Numbered from the whole stretch's first letter, positions 24,801 through 38,132 are shown. The stretch is DNA of 63,552 nucleotides, filler included, from Gonapodya sp. JEL0774 (GCA_027604505.1; 18 parts of 18 records of this genome joined end to end with filler, not necessarily neighbours in it); one strand, 5' to 3'. The notes: generated by a model from the letters alone, not told the origin. Translations and numbers: made by a program.

Positions 24801-26354
24801 CCCCAGCCCCGAACTCACCATCGTCCACAATCCTACACTCTGTCGTCACCATCGGCGGCACAGTTCTGCTTCCTGTGCTCCACACGCCGCCCAGGGCATC
24901 GTGGGAGGCTTGATCTGCATCGTGGACGGCAACGGGGCTGGGTATTTGGTTGGGATCAATGCGTTGGCGGGTGGGTGCCGGGGGGGCGTTGGGGAGCGGA
25001 ATGCGGGGGGTGAGGGGATGGGTAGGTGGGGCTGTGGGGGGCGGGGGGAGGCAGATGAGTTACGTGACTCCGGCAGTCCAGGTACGGTGAGCATCGCACG
25101 ATAGTGGCGAACAAAGGAAGTGATCATGGGAGAGCAGAGACGTATCTCCAGTCGTTTAAACACCACTCTCCTTCCATCCAATAGCGGCAACCTTCGGTGG
25201 CGATCAACACGACGATTCCAATTCCAGTTGATTGATAAGGCTTGACAAATGCGCTCCGCATGCGATTGAAGCATCGAAGGCAGACATATGTGTGCGTCCT
25301 AGCCAAGCGAATCGATCGCACACGTCACCTATGAACCCGACAATAATCGGACCACAGGGCTCTCCCATGTTCATACTCAATTAATGAGTCGCTCCACACA
25401 ATAATTGTGCGACGCAACCACAGCTCTCAACCCGGATCAAGAGTGCTTTGGTTGCTTACCCTGTCCAGGGGCTCCAGCAGCTCCACCATATCCGGGCCCA
25501 GGCTTTCCCATTCCTGGTCCCAGTCCAGGTACACTCCCACTACTCATTTGCTGCTGATCCTGAATCTGACCCTGACCCTGACCCGGTCTCGCCCCGGGTG
25601 GTCCAAGCGAGTGTGAAGATCCCTGATGCGGTCCCGGTGGTGAATAGACGCTACCAGATGGGCGTGGAGCGAACGCGGATTGACCCGGCATGGGTTGGCC
25701 GTACCCTGGGCCGGTCATACCGGGAGTGTTGATGGGTTGTCCACTGTACTGAGGTGTGTTCTGGTGCTGTTGGAACTGGGGTCCTGGAAGAGGGAACTGG
25801 GACATGTATGGTGGTTGTGGTGGCTGTGGTTGCTGTCCCGGAAGCGGAGAGATTCCAGGCATGGGTGGATGTTGCGGTGGTTGAAAGCCCGGTTGGGGAG
25901 AAGGAGCGAATCGCTGTTGACCGGGAGTGCCGGGCTGACTCAATTGACCGCCCATACCGGGACCTGGGCCGGCACCAGCAGGGATGGGAGGCATTCCCTG
26001 CTGCGGCTGGGAAGGATAAACGCGTTTAGGCCGAGCGTGGGTTGAGGGCGGACTTGTGGCGGGAGAAATCGAGTTGGAGAGAGGAGGAGCAGCAGGATAT
26101 TGTGGTGGTTGAGCAGCCAGCGACATTGCCGCAATGCCGTTTGCAACTGCAGCAGCATGATCCCGATTAGCCGGTGGTTGTTGATTGAAAAACTGATTGG
26201 TGTTTGGCTGAAGAGGCAGCTGAGATGGAGGGAGGTTGTGAGTGCTTGGATGGTTTGGGATTTGGAACTGCTGGTTCGCGTTGAATGGCGGCGGCTGATT
26301 CGGATGGGTTGGGGGGAATCCAGGTGCTGACATCCCGGGGACTCCTGATTGCAT
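24801..26354 (-). CDS. SEC24: COPII cargo adaptor Sec24C/D (Sfb3/Lst1-type), N-terminal part
   Basis: Long Pro/Gln/Gly-rich N-terminus, then an exon at about 24840-25030 reading QRIDPNQIPSPVAV..VPPMVTTECRIVDDG, the Sec24C/D signature before the zinc finger. Confidence 0.85.
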
Positions 26355-26756
26355 TGGTGCGGGAAGGGCGAAAGGCAAAAGGTGTTGGTTCGTGGGGCAG
26401 AGCGGAAGAATGACGCGGCAAAGGTTCATTCAACCCCCCAACCTCCCACAACCCGTATCGAGATATACGATGGTTTGTCACTGTAGAAGCTTGAGTCTGA
26501 AAAGCAGAATTTTATGATCTTTCTCTGCACAGCGGAAAACCCGTTCTTGATCCCCCGTACCCAGAGCCTATCATGATACAGGGACCCTACAACTCTAACC
26601 TCGTATTGCTCCTTGCACAAAGCGAATGATTGTGAAAGTCAGCATGTTTTGTGGGTCATGGTATCTCAACTGTGTTCAATTGATCCAGAAGGTGGACGTC
26701 TTCGCAAAGGTGTACTGATTCATGGTACAACACAACCACTCCGATCTGCAGACGGA

Positions 26757-27395
26757 ATGGAAAATGCAGAGGAGCTACTGACACGCGCTGAGTCTCAGGA
26801 AGACGGTTACCTAAGACTGATCGGAGCCTTCAGCAAAATAGGTTGGCCGGAGTCGGGTTGCACGCGCACCACTGAGCTTGTTGTCTCCGATCCCTCAAAC
26901 TGCTTGTACCACCGAGCCTTTCAAACGCAACTAAGCGCTATCCTTGGACTGATACCTGATGAGAGGAGCAAGGAGAGTCCCTTGAATGCCACACATCAAA
27001 AGCTCCTCACCATTGTACTGGCCAGCTCCTTCGGTCGCGATCTTGTCCTCCACTGCTTCGCTCTATTTCCGATCAAAACCAACACATACTGGGTCAAACG
27101 CTTCGTTTCGCTCACCTCTGCCTCCAAGGCCCTGCGGACCATACTTCTCGAACGCTCGTTCGATGGCCTTTTGTGGCGCTTCGTGAAAACCGCAAGGTTC
27201 AAATGCGACGACGTCGAGAGTACATGCGCGGCGACTGGGTTCACGAACCTCTCCGCAACAAAGAAGTATGCCAGGTGCGGTATAGCCAAGTACTGCAACG
27301 CAGACTGCCAGCGCGCTCACTGGCCTCGACACAAGATCGTTTGCCCGCAAGGACTTTTGCAACGTGGAGGGGATCGTGGATCCTGCGTGAGGTAG
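26757..27395 (+). CDS. Protein with degenerate C-terminal MYND zinc finger
   Basis: CAATGFTN..KKYARC..AKYCNADCQRAHWPRHKIVC; two expected Cys positions read Phe (TTC) and Tyr (TAT). Confidence 0.7.
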   Translation: MENAEELLTRAESQEDGYLRLIGAFSKIGWPESGCTRTTELVVSDPSNCLYHRAFQTQLSAILGLIPDERSKESPLNATHQKLLTIVLASSFGRDLVLHCFALFPIKTNTYWVKRFVSLTSASKALRTILLERSFDGLLWRFVKTARFKCDDVESTCAATGFTNLSATKKYARCGIAKYCNADCQRAHWPRHKIVCPQGLLQRGGDRGSCVR

Positions 27396-27718
27396 CTCAA
27401 CAAATAACGGGATACATGCTCGGTGATGTGTTTACCGGAACGAGAATGAATGAGGAAACGATTGTGGCGGGATCGAGATCTTTATGTAGTTCAAGGTTGA
27501 GTGGATAGACGACACACCCGCTTTGTAAGATGGTCTCGGGCGTGGCTCAATTTTACGATCAGCAAGGCAACAGAATACAATATTGCTAAATTCCAAGTCG
27601 ATTTTCTTTGTTTCGGTCATGATCTCTGATGTGGATCAGACACAATAATCCCGGCACAAGTCCCGTGCACTTTTCTATGTCACTCCGAAACAACCAGCAG
27701 AATCACATAATCCCTCCT

Positions 27719-28240
27719 ATGCCCAAAATCCCCACTTCAAAACGCTCACCCTCAATCAAGGGTCCTTCGTCGAAATCTCGCACAATCTTCCCAGGGCGAG
27801 GAAAATCCCCTGCTGCGTCATCTCGAGCGAAGCAAAAAGCCGAATCCCTCAACCAGCGTAAACGAGAAAAGCTCGAGCGCGAGGGGTACTCGAGCGATGA
27901 AAATGACGACTTGAAGGACAGCACTGGCGATCGCGAGGGGAGGAGAGGGCGAAAGAGGGCTGTGGTGGATGCGAAGACGTCGGAAAAGATTCTAAAACTG
28001 GCAAAGGAGCAGCTGGATGAATTGGAAAGCGAAGAGCGAGGACAGTCACGACATCTCAATGTCGATAATGTGGATGACATGGCGGACGACGATGACGATG
28101 ATGAACCGCCTCCCGCAGATGCTGAATCGGATGATGACGATGGCGTGATGCGAAACGACTTCAAAGACCGAGAAGATTATGAGCAGTACTTGGAGACTGT
28201 CGGATTGGAAGAAATGGTTCGTACTTCGTAACAAATCAGT
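27719..28240 (+). CDS. ENP1: Bystin/Enp1 ribosome biogenesis factor, N-terminal part
   Basis: MPK start, basic region, VVDAKTSEKILKLAKEQLDELE (bystin motif), then an acidic tract. Confidence 0.78.
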
Positions 28241-28340
28241 NNNNNNNNNNNNNNNNNNNNNNNNNNNNNNNNNNNNNNNNNNNNTTAATTAATTAANNNN
28301 NNNNNNNNNNNNNNNNNNNNNNNNNNNNNNNNNNNNNNNN

Positions 28341-28838
28341 TGCCCGACCCTCCTCTCGGGGCTGGGCACGCACATTGATCTCACTGGGAACAGACGACCG
28401 CACTTCCTTCATGTATTCGTTCATTCTGTCGGTTGATGCCTTCATGATTCTTGCTTTCTCCTCGGACAGATCGTCGAGGGAAGTCGCGATTACTGTGATC
28501 GGATCCGAATAATTGCATTCAGGGTGTTAGTACTTGTTTGAACAGTAGAGCACAGACTTCACACTTCATTGGAGAGAGAAGAATCTCTACTCACACATTT
28601 CGTCCGGATCCAAGTTGGGATCCAACATCCCCGCATCCGGAAGTGCTTCGAACAGAACCACACGATCGTCGCTCTTGAGCAATGAGCCAATCATAGTTTT
28701 CACCGCGTCATTCGAGTGGGAGCTGAAGTCGGTACAGACGAGAACTGGGATCCGCGGTTCAAGTACGGACACGGAGAATCATCAGATGTCGCATTGAAAC
28801 AACAGTGCAATACATAGCTTTATTACCAGAGCGTCCAT
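28341..28838 (-). CDS. Universal stress protein (UspA-domain) family, 3'-truncated
   Basis: VLVCTDFSSHSNDAV..LLKSDDRVVLFEAL matches the USP beta1-alpha1-beta2 pattern; short exons. Confidence 0.7.
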
Positions 28839-29070
28839 CAGCTAGATTGTGTGGAAGTGAGAGAGATCGGCTGTCTGAGACAAGCATTGCGTGCGGAACT
28901 TTCAAATGGGGAGTGAGTCAGCCCTCGGCAAAATGAGGAGGTGCCGTGAACCATTCAGACTGCAGTGCAGAGTAATCAATTTTGAACTCTGATATACATG
29001 TGTTGTACTTTTCTTGCACATTTAGCACATTTTGTTCGCGATCGATCTCTGTGAATCCCACACTGGGTGT

Positions 29071-30576
29071 TCATCGTATTGAAATCACTTCCGCCGATTT
29101 CTCTACTTTCTGAGGCTTCTTCAAATCTTTACCCTTTCTCTGCCCGCCAGTGCCAGCCTGAACAGATGCTGATCGCGAAACGGATGGTGTCGGAGCAGTA
29201 CTTGGCGCCCTTGATCCACGTGAGGTTTGCGAGCCAGTGCCCGAACCAGTCATTGCGACACTGTTGCTCTTCCGTCGCTCGTACTCTGTGTAGAAGAACA
29301 CAGACGAGATCGCAGCCCCATGAAGCTGTCCAAAAAATGCCGTGAGTACGTAGAGGGCATAGGAGTCCTGATTGGGTTGTACGATGCTGAGAAGATAATA
29401 TGAATTGGGAGCTCAACGAACGGATTCCTCGCCCCGATCGCCAGAAGATCAAGCGAACTCACTTCTGAATCCTGTTTATCGACATGAAAACCACTGGAAC
29501 ACAATACGCCACCAGATAAGAGCTGATTCTACCGACGTATCGGATCATCGCGCCGTTGGTGTGAACTTGAAGTTGAGCAATGGTACGGAATATCGCGGGA
29601 GAAACGCCCCGTTCGGTCGCGTCGGCAATGCTGCGCGAGGTGTCATATCCAAATTACTGGCCAGCCAAACGACTCGACCTCGGGGTTTCCACTCACTTGC
29701 TGGCCTTCTTTCTCAGTGTAAAGCGTGCGTAAACTACCATAATGATGTCGAATAGCAGAATAATCCAAGCAGGGACATAGTAGATCAATATACGAAAATG
29801 ATCGTCTGCAATCCAGCACCAGGTGCTGTAGAAAGCGAAAGAGACAGGTTTGGATCGTTTCTGCGATTGAATGCCTGCACGAAAATGTCTACCGACCCTG
29901 AACTCCCGTAGACCTTTTTTCCGTACCAATCCCTTGCGCCCAGCAGCGCCAGCGCCTGAACTAGCGACAGCACTATCGCAACAGCCACGAAACCGTTCTC
30001 GAATGGCAACATTTTTGCTGGTGTGCTTACAAGTCGAAGAACGACCACAACACAGATTTCTAACCCGAGGCAGAGAGCAAAGAGGGCGGAGAGGGCGAGA
30101 CCGACTGGGCGAGAGAAAGAATGCGTTATGTTCACCGTCAGGATGCTCGATGTTGATACTTGGCACATCGCAAGGTTGCTCACATTGAATGAGGATACTT
30201 TGAAACATGCAAAGGCTTTCAGAAGTGAAACCGGCACTTCCATTGGAGACAAAGAGATCAAATTAAATTCAAGCAATTCTACAGCGGAAGAGATCAGTGC
30301 TTACTCGGAAATTATCCCTGCCCAATTCCTGAATGTTATTGCAATCCCCATATAAAATGCCAATCGATTCGAAGCTCCGCGAGAGGCAGGATCCTTGAAG
30401 TAGACAAAAGCCATCGAGTACATGCCCATGAGACTAAGGGAAGCCGCCACTCGGCCGAGCACTTGCAGTGAGGCAGACTTGGGGTGGTTTGGTCAACATG
30501 TCAATTCAGGAATGTTGACTCTCGGTCAGTTAGAAAGCAAGACAGTCCATACCTCTGCAGGAGAGAAGATCGACAT
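29071..30576 (-). CDS. GPCR, cAMP-receptor-like (CAR/CRL/GCR1) family, complete
   Basis: MSIFSPAE|..AASLSLMGMYSMAFVYF..SNRLAFYMGIA, TWCWI..ILIYYVPAWIILLFDIIM, RRISSYLVAYCVPVVFMSINRI and ALYVLTAFFGQLHG..VFFY; seven hydrophobic segments. Confidence 0.82.
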
Positions 30577-31043
30577 TCCCGATGCGTCACGTTTGAGTTG
30601 ATCTCGTTTGCCAGCTTTAAATCAAACTGGGGCTTCCGGCCGGTGGATGCATTCGCCGCGATCGCGCGAAGGGCGGGTCGCAAGGTTGGTCGGTGGAGCC
30701 TGACTGTTGAGAGACGACGTATGGCTGTATAGGCGCACATGGAATATTTGAATGGTTTTCATCGCGTTTCTAGTGGTTGAATGAATGAATGAGTCAAAAT
30801 CATCGGTCGAGGAGGCATTTTTACCCCCGATCACAAAGCCTTGCAACACTCAGAAGGGCATAATAAGTTTCTGTCCGTGTTCATTCTGACACGTTCAATA
30901 ATGCGATACTGTGCAGCATGTGAGAAATTCTCAAGATTCTTTATTGCCCATCACTGAGTGAGTTTTGGGTTTTAATTCGATTTAACGTTTACACAGGAAA
31001 CCACTATCCCTTTCATTGTACTAGGTTCAGATTGGTCGTTTAC

Positions 31044-31780
31044 TTATACGGCCGCTGACTTATCGACCTTGGAGGAGTTTGTGTCAGATAGCTTGTGTCC
31101 CGATTTGGAATCCGCACCAGGTCTTATAGACTGAGCGCGGGATGGAGTCACTAAACTAGGTGACCTTGCCTGAGACTCGCTCTTATTCGATCCAGCGTTT
31201 CCTCCAGTCGATGGTCGGGCCTTGGGATGATAAATTCGCATGTACTCGTAGTAGAAGAAGATGGCTGGTATATTGGCATGAAGGAGTTGGCAGCAAAAGG
31301 CCGTGAGCACGTAGAGACCAAATATGCTTTCTGTTGGGCTCACAATACTTGGGGGTGGAATTGCGCTCGTGTGAGTATTCGCGCCCTGGGCAAGCAGTGT
31401 CTTCCGGCTACTCACTTTTGTATGCGGTTGATGGAAGAAAAGGCGATTGTCACACAAAAGCCAGCTAGGTACAGGCTGATCCTACGAACGTGACTGGCCA
31501 TGGCAGCGTTCTTGCTGACCTGCATTTGGGCCATTGTGCGGGCAATGGCCGCAGAGACACCCCGTTCCGAAGCGTTTGTGATACTCATGAGATCAGGAAG
31601 TACAATCCTCTCAGTTATTTCAGGATCACGCAAAAAGTAAAGGAGCTATGAAACTCACGTGCTGACGGTTTTACGGAGTGAAAACATCGCCAGCGAGAAC
31701 ATGACTATGTCAAAGACCATAATGATCCACATTGGTACGTAATAACTGAATACTCGCAGACGATCACTAGAGATCCAGCA
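31044..31780 (-). CDS. Second cAMP-receptor-like GPCR (tandem paralogue), 5'-truncated
   Basis: CWISSDRLRVFSYYVPMWIIMVFDIVM, RRISLYLAGFCVTIAFSSINRIQK and GLYVLTAFCCQLLH..FFYYEY align with the 29071-30576 product. Confidence 0.82.
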
Positions 31781-31880
31781 NNNNNNNNNNNNNNNNNNNN
31801 NNNNNNNNNNNNNNNNNNNNNNNNTTAATTAATTAANNNNNNNNNNNNNNNNNNNNNNNNNNNNNNNNNNNNNNNNNNNN

Positions 31881-34476
31881 AGGCCCACGAGGTGGCCATC
31901 CTGGACGAGGTGAGTCGGTCGGAAGGGGCAAGGGACGGTTCGAGGAAGCTGAGAGTGTAGGGAACATGGTGAGTCGCAGATCTCCTACATCACTTCTGCT
32001 TAAACGTGCGAACTCACACGAACAACAATTCACTTCCGTGCGTCACACCGGTATAGAATCCGTTAGAGTCTGTAACGTTGAAGCCGGTCGTTGATACATT
32101 GAACCGATCTGACGGATGTGATAGAATGTTGAGTCATTGATGGAGTCCCTCTGCTGACTACAGCTGTTCTGAAGTTGCAACAGGTTCTGACTCACACTTG
32201 TATACATTCTTCCCTGCAGCAACAGCAGCTTCCGCAAATATTCGATCGTTGGAGTAGAACTAGATCGTCAAGAGTGCATAAATCACGCCCGTCACGACGG
32301 GTGCGTGGGTATATAGGAGTGCTCACCAGAAAATCTCCAATGATCTCACCCGCACCGTCAAACTCTTTGAGCTTATCCCCTTTTCGGCCATCGAAGTAAA
32401 GTGCCAGCATACTGTCAACGAACTTGCTTGGATACAGCTCCTCATCGAGAGTTGGGTCAGGTGGCAGAACGTGGGGAGACGAAGTCCCGTTGAGGAATGT
32501 AACCATGATGGAGTAGCTGTTACCGTAACCAAAAGTGAAAACAGTTCCTGGTCGATGAAGTATGAGTATCAGGTCGTTGCGCCAAACGGAGAGGTCGCAT
32601 GGCTCTTTCTCACCTTCGTTCTCGTTATCACCAATGATCACGGCTTCTCTGTTGTGACAGGATCATATTCACGATCAAACAAGTATGCAAGCACGTTCCC
32701 TCTGTTGAATACTGGAATGATCTCACATATTGGAGTGGATTTTGCCGTTCCTTAACAGCTCCCACGAGTTGGTTGTGATCGTCACACCATCTATAGTTGG
32801 CATTCCGGGATACTTGCGAAGCGGAATGAACTCAATCATTGGGGTAGCAGATAAGGAAATCTCTGCATTACTCACGATCCCCAGAGGTGAAAACGCCCAA
32901 TTCACAATATCCCCCTCAGAAACATTCCTCAAGGCCGCAACTCGCTGCGCCGCTGTGAGTTTGGGATCTGTGATGTTGAAAGCTTTTAGAGCGCGCTGAT
33001 ATTGACCGTTGACACTGTACAGTGAGTCGGGCTGAACCAGGTGATGCGATTGGACGAGTGATCTCGTTCGAAGTGGAAGACAGCAAACGAGAACTCACGG
33101 CCTGTCCATCAATGCTTCCGGGGCCACCAGACTCCATAATAACCTTGTTGAAGAGACCCGCAGCTTGCGGAATCAGCGAGAGCCAGCCAATGGAAATCCT
33201 GAGAGCGAATTCAGTGGCATCAACTTTGTAGCGATCGGCGGAAGCGGAACCTTCTTTTCGAAGACAGTGGCAATGCTCGTACTCACGCTCCTGCACTCTC
33301 TCCAAACACTGTGACGTCGGATGGGTCCCCCCCGAAGGCTTCCACATTTGCCTATATATGTAACATGCGAGGAGGATGAAATGATGGCGGTCGCGTACAC
33401 AACGATTCTGATGACTCACCTGAACCCATTTCAAGGCAGCAATTTGGTCTTGAAATCCATAGTTGAGACCCTTACCTTCGGCTGATGATGCAGAACCGAT
33501 ACTTGAGTGAACAGGCCGACATAGTGAAGCGGACCTTACCAACCGTCCTCTAGTAGATCGGGACTTCCCATGAATCCGAAAGCTCCCAACCTATAGTTTA
33601 CTGGTAAAATCCGTCCAGTTACATGGGGTACTTTGGCAGAACAGAACACGTGTAAACCCACGTTTAACCAAGACAACATTTTGGGTGTTCGTGATGTAGC
33701 TGCCGTTCAACGTGGCTGCGTTACCACCTGCCAGAGCACCACCGTGAATCCAGACTGCATTGAAGGATGCCGATGGCAGGGTTAGCCTTGGTGAACGTCC
33801 TGACCAACTTGTTTTCAATACTTACCCATAACTGACGAATTGGCCGACGAGGGGAATGGTATGCGTTAGGATCAAAGCCAATGAACACAGCATATTGTGC
33901 ACCCTCGGAGTCACCTGGCAGTTTTGTGCTTGACGTTGTAGCATTGATAGGGGTGTACACGTGCTGCGTTTGCATTAGACGGGTGAGCTTTTGTTGGCGC
34001 CAACATACATATACACGATGCCCAACCACGCACCAGAACCAAGCAATCCTCCTTTATTCCTCCAGTGCATATTGGGTCTGGAACTTGGGAGCAGCATACA
34101 TATCCCACATCTGATGTGGCATTGAGATTGTTGTACTTCGCGGGAGGATACACCGGTGGCTGAATATGAAATTCGAGACGGTTAGCGCAAGCTAGGGAGT
34201 TGCAAGGTCAAGAACCCACTTTCCAACGTAGCTTGCCGACGGGTGGGTCAGCGTAAGGAATGTTGCGAAATTCTCTGATAAATACAAAGCCGATTGCATC
34301 AATGAATTACTAAAGAACGTGTGAGGAGGAGTCTCTCACCTCCACCCCCCTGGATAGAGCGATCCTGTGACGTTTCCCTGGCTTGTAGTGACGGTGCTTG
34401 TCGAGATTTGACCGAGAGCGCCGATTGTGGACCAGCACGCGACCACGAAAACGGCCGCAAGATGGGAGCGGAACAT
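31881..34476 (-). CDS. Secreted type-B carboxylesterase/lipase, 3'-truncated
   Basis: Signal peptide MFRSHLAAVFVVACWSTIGALG, then EDCL, WIHGGAL, YRLGAFGF, NYGFQDQIAALKWV, FGGDP..VTVFGESAG (Ser), NENEG (Glu) and THGSEL (His). Confidence 0.93.
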
Positions 34477-36078
34477 GGATGGATTCTGAAGCTTGGAGAC
34501 GCGTGGAAAGGTGGATCGGGAAAATCCCCGCCGGCATCTTGAAGGGCTCAGCGGAATGTAGTATTTGCGGGGTTGTAGTTGACCCCGTCAGAGGCACAGA
34601 TATGCATACATATAATGAGTGGCGAACGCAACAGAAACTCACAAACGAGAATCTAAACATAGAAACCCCAATTCATTCATCGGATTGAAGAGATTTGGGA
34701 TGGGGTGCCGTACTTATACTGTTCTAGTTCATTGACTCGAAGAGACCTCGTGATTCCTCATAATCAATCTCCACCCCCTTTCCTACAAACGTCAGAGCTC
34801 AATCTCATCCAAAAGTCTCCTTTTTAATATGGGGGGCGACGCTTTCGAACCCATGTATTAGACATGTCCACGGGGTTTATATATTTGCAACCTGGGAGAT
34901 GTCTCCCAAAGGAAGCATGAGGGATCATTGAAGGAAGAGAGCATCTTGGCATCTAAAAGAACGGTTACAAAAATACGCATCAACAGTTCGGCTTCAATTG
35001 ATTCACCTTTTTTCGTTTCCCCTTCCCCCTCTGACAAGGCTTTTCGTGGTTTTCTCTTTTGTTTCGTCTCCGGTGCGTTTCACCAGTCCCCACATATCTT
35101 TGCCCTCTCCCAGAAACAAGCCGGGTTCAGGACTATGGAGTAAAAACGAAAAATGGCGATACGGACAGACGAGAGATTGAGTGTGCAAGGTACAGCAGGG
35201 AAATCGGCTGTGGCCACATGGTTCCTGTTCCCACCGAGTCACTAATTTCACGCGCACACAGCCCATGGCAAGCGCATCACGCGTCGAGCGAGTGTGGAAC
35301 AGGGCGACGTCGACGACATCNNNNNNNNNNNNNNNNNNNNNNNNNNNNNNNNNNNNNNNNNNNNTTAATTAATTAANNNNNNNNNNNNNNNNNNNNNNNN
35401 NNNNNNNNNNNNNNNNNNNNGAAGTTGGCCGAGGCCAGGGTTGATGCGGCGAACGGGGTGAGTTGTGCAGCGGTACATACTCGAAGTCGCGATTAGAGTA
35501 CTTACTCAAAAAGGACACCTCATCTCCACCGTCCCTATCGCATCACATCTCACACCGTACCGAATATCTCACTATCCAACCCCTCATCCTTCCCATCATT
35601 TCTCCAGATTTCCAACATGGTCGCGGCGCCGGCAATCCCAGCACGAGGGGACTCGTTCGGGGTGAAAGAGTAGCGGGTATCCTGGGGGTTGGATTGGCGA
35701 ATTTATGGTACAGTGTCCCTGTCCTGACAATGTAAACCGGGAAGATGTGGTGTGGATCAGGATTGAACAAGGAATGTAGACTCGTTGTGAAGCAGAAAGA
35801 GAAAATTGCATGAAGTGCACGGCCATCATCTCTCTAAGTGGATGCTTTGGCTCTTGTAGCCGCCGCGGTCGAGATCTACGAGGTAAAGTATCACGGTCAA
35901 GAGTTACAAAAGCGAAACTTACTCTACGAACGCTTATCTGCAAATTCGGCCGACTCTTGGAACGATTTTTTTCTCTGTTGTCGGAGCACTCAGTGTTTGC
36001 TTGTGTCAGCAATGCCTGCCTCAGCTTCCCACAGTCACAACACAGAACACAGACGAACTTTCGTTTCATTCATCCGAA

Positions 36079-37021
36079 ATGGCGACTCACGGTATGGTCA
36101 TCAAGGGGATCGATGTATCGCTAGAGAAAGGCCTACGCGATGGAGTGTCGGGCGTGCTGGACGTGGTCGGCAAACTCACTTCGATCCCAGTTTTCGGACC
36201 TTGCGCGGAAGCCCTTCGAGCCATACATGCCGTCGCGAAGGACTTCCAGGAAAACAAAGAACTTGTCGTACGACTCGCCAGTCGGTGTGCGGGCCTCGTC
36301 GAGGCGCTCGCGGATCGAGTGGACTCTGGTTCACCGAGGGAACCGTTGCTGACGCACATCGTCACACTCACGGAGTAAGTCTCAAAGTCAGCACCTGGCG
36401 AAGTGATTACGTACTTGGCTGGCTCACAAGGTTCCCCGGTTCTCCGGGCCCTTTTTGCTGATCCAATGCAACTCCATGAAGTTATCTGCAAGAAATCGCT
36501 ACAACTCTCGAGGTCATGAAAGGGAAACCGAAGTGGAATCGAGAGCTGAACAGCAGTAGTATGCGCAAGGACCTGGAGGAAATTGGAAATCGCCTGGATA
36601 CCATGGCCAATGATTTTCAGGTTCGTGGGCGGTGTTTCTCCGAGTATCCCTGCACAACAATCATTTGTTTTCTCGCCACCTGCAGATCGCCGCTTCTCTT
36701 AACCTTGACGCTTGGTCGATGGAGAACGGCAGTAGACATCCGTTCATGGGATCGCCCTATATGCACAATCGGGGCGCGCTCTCGCACCTCACCGAAATCA
36801 CTCACGCTGATCGTTTGCAACTTCTCTTCGATCTCGTTCGCGGGGTGCAGTACCTACGTGGAAATGACATTTTGCACCGCGACCTCAAACCTGCAAATGT
36901 GCCTGTGGATGATAGTGATCATGCTCTTGTCGCAGACTTTGGTTTCGCAGCGGTCAATGCGAGGGGGAAGGTCTTGCTCCCTCGACCCTGCAAAAGTAAA
37001 GCCAATGGAATCAGCGAGTGA
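36079..37021 (+). pseudogene. MLKL-like four-helix bundle plus internally deleted and truncated kinase; paralogue of 53600-56504
   Basis: N-terminal exons align with the 53600 gene and share two intron positions. After LNLDAWSMENG the frame jumps straight to PFMGSPYM..HRDLKPAN..VADFGF and stops shortly after. G-loop, VAVK and APE are missing. It could be an expressed truncated CDS. Confidence 0.75.
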
Positions 37022-38132
37022 ATGGACGGTGACACTACGGCGGAGAACTCATGATCAAGTGAGAGCAGCCGCAGGCAGGCAGACAGGTATAACGATCCCG
37101 CCAGCAGGAAAGTTTTTAGATGAACATTAGTCTGGATTTGCTCATGATTTGTTACACTTATACGCAGCTTATAAGTGACCAGAAAATGATTATAATTGAG
37201 AGTTCCGTAATTGTGTTGACATTGTCAGCCACGGCTGACAAGGTATTCTGGATCACAGGACACAGATCGGACGGTGCGACGTCAACAGAGTGAAAGATCA
37301 TATTTTTGTATTTTGACTAGGCGCTACAGAACAATTTTAGAAGTTCTACAAGAGACGGAATAGATGGAAGTTGGAGAATAAAGGCCACAGCGCCCCTCAT
37401 GGCCAAAGCTCCAAACGGTACAAACCGTAGCTTCAGCTTAGTTTAGATTTCTACAACTAAAATATATTTCGATTCATATCATAGAAACGGACCAGTTCAC
37501 AATCGATCTATAGTCCCGTTCATTTGTAGAACTCTCACTCACCCCGTCACTTTGATCCTGTGCTAACATCCGTCTCTCCTTGTGACCTGAGGTTACGTAT
37601 TAAACACTAACACTTGGCAGATATACACACACTCTCTCATAGCGTAGACAACCCCCTCAACAACATTAATAGTTCCTTCTTTGCAAGAACAACCCTCAGC
37701 TTTCCCCAACTCCCCCGCTCCTCCCATTCAAGCAACAATAAATATAAAGTGGCGCCATTGTCGTCGTATAAGTTCTTTCACAGCCCCCCGACACGTTCAA
37801 CAAACCCGGTTCCTTTTGGTTAACTCAGTCTCGCACTGCCCGATTCGCCCCAGCGCCCCACCACCCCATCTCACTTATCCATCTTGAAATCTGTCACAGC
37901 CTCCACGTAGCTCCTTCTCCGTGTGAGGCGGGACCAATAGTCGGTGAGGAGAGGGTACTGGGATGTGCCTATCAGATGAAGGAATAGTGAAAGCGAAGAA
38001 CGGGTCGATCAGTGAGTGTGAGCAAGAGCAAGGTGGGAGAGGCACAAGGGCGGGGGTGGGATCGACGCGCACGCGCCCTCCAGGACCCTCCCTCTAAAGT
38101 GATACACAAAGAGTAAGGAAGAGCAACTTCGG

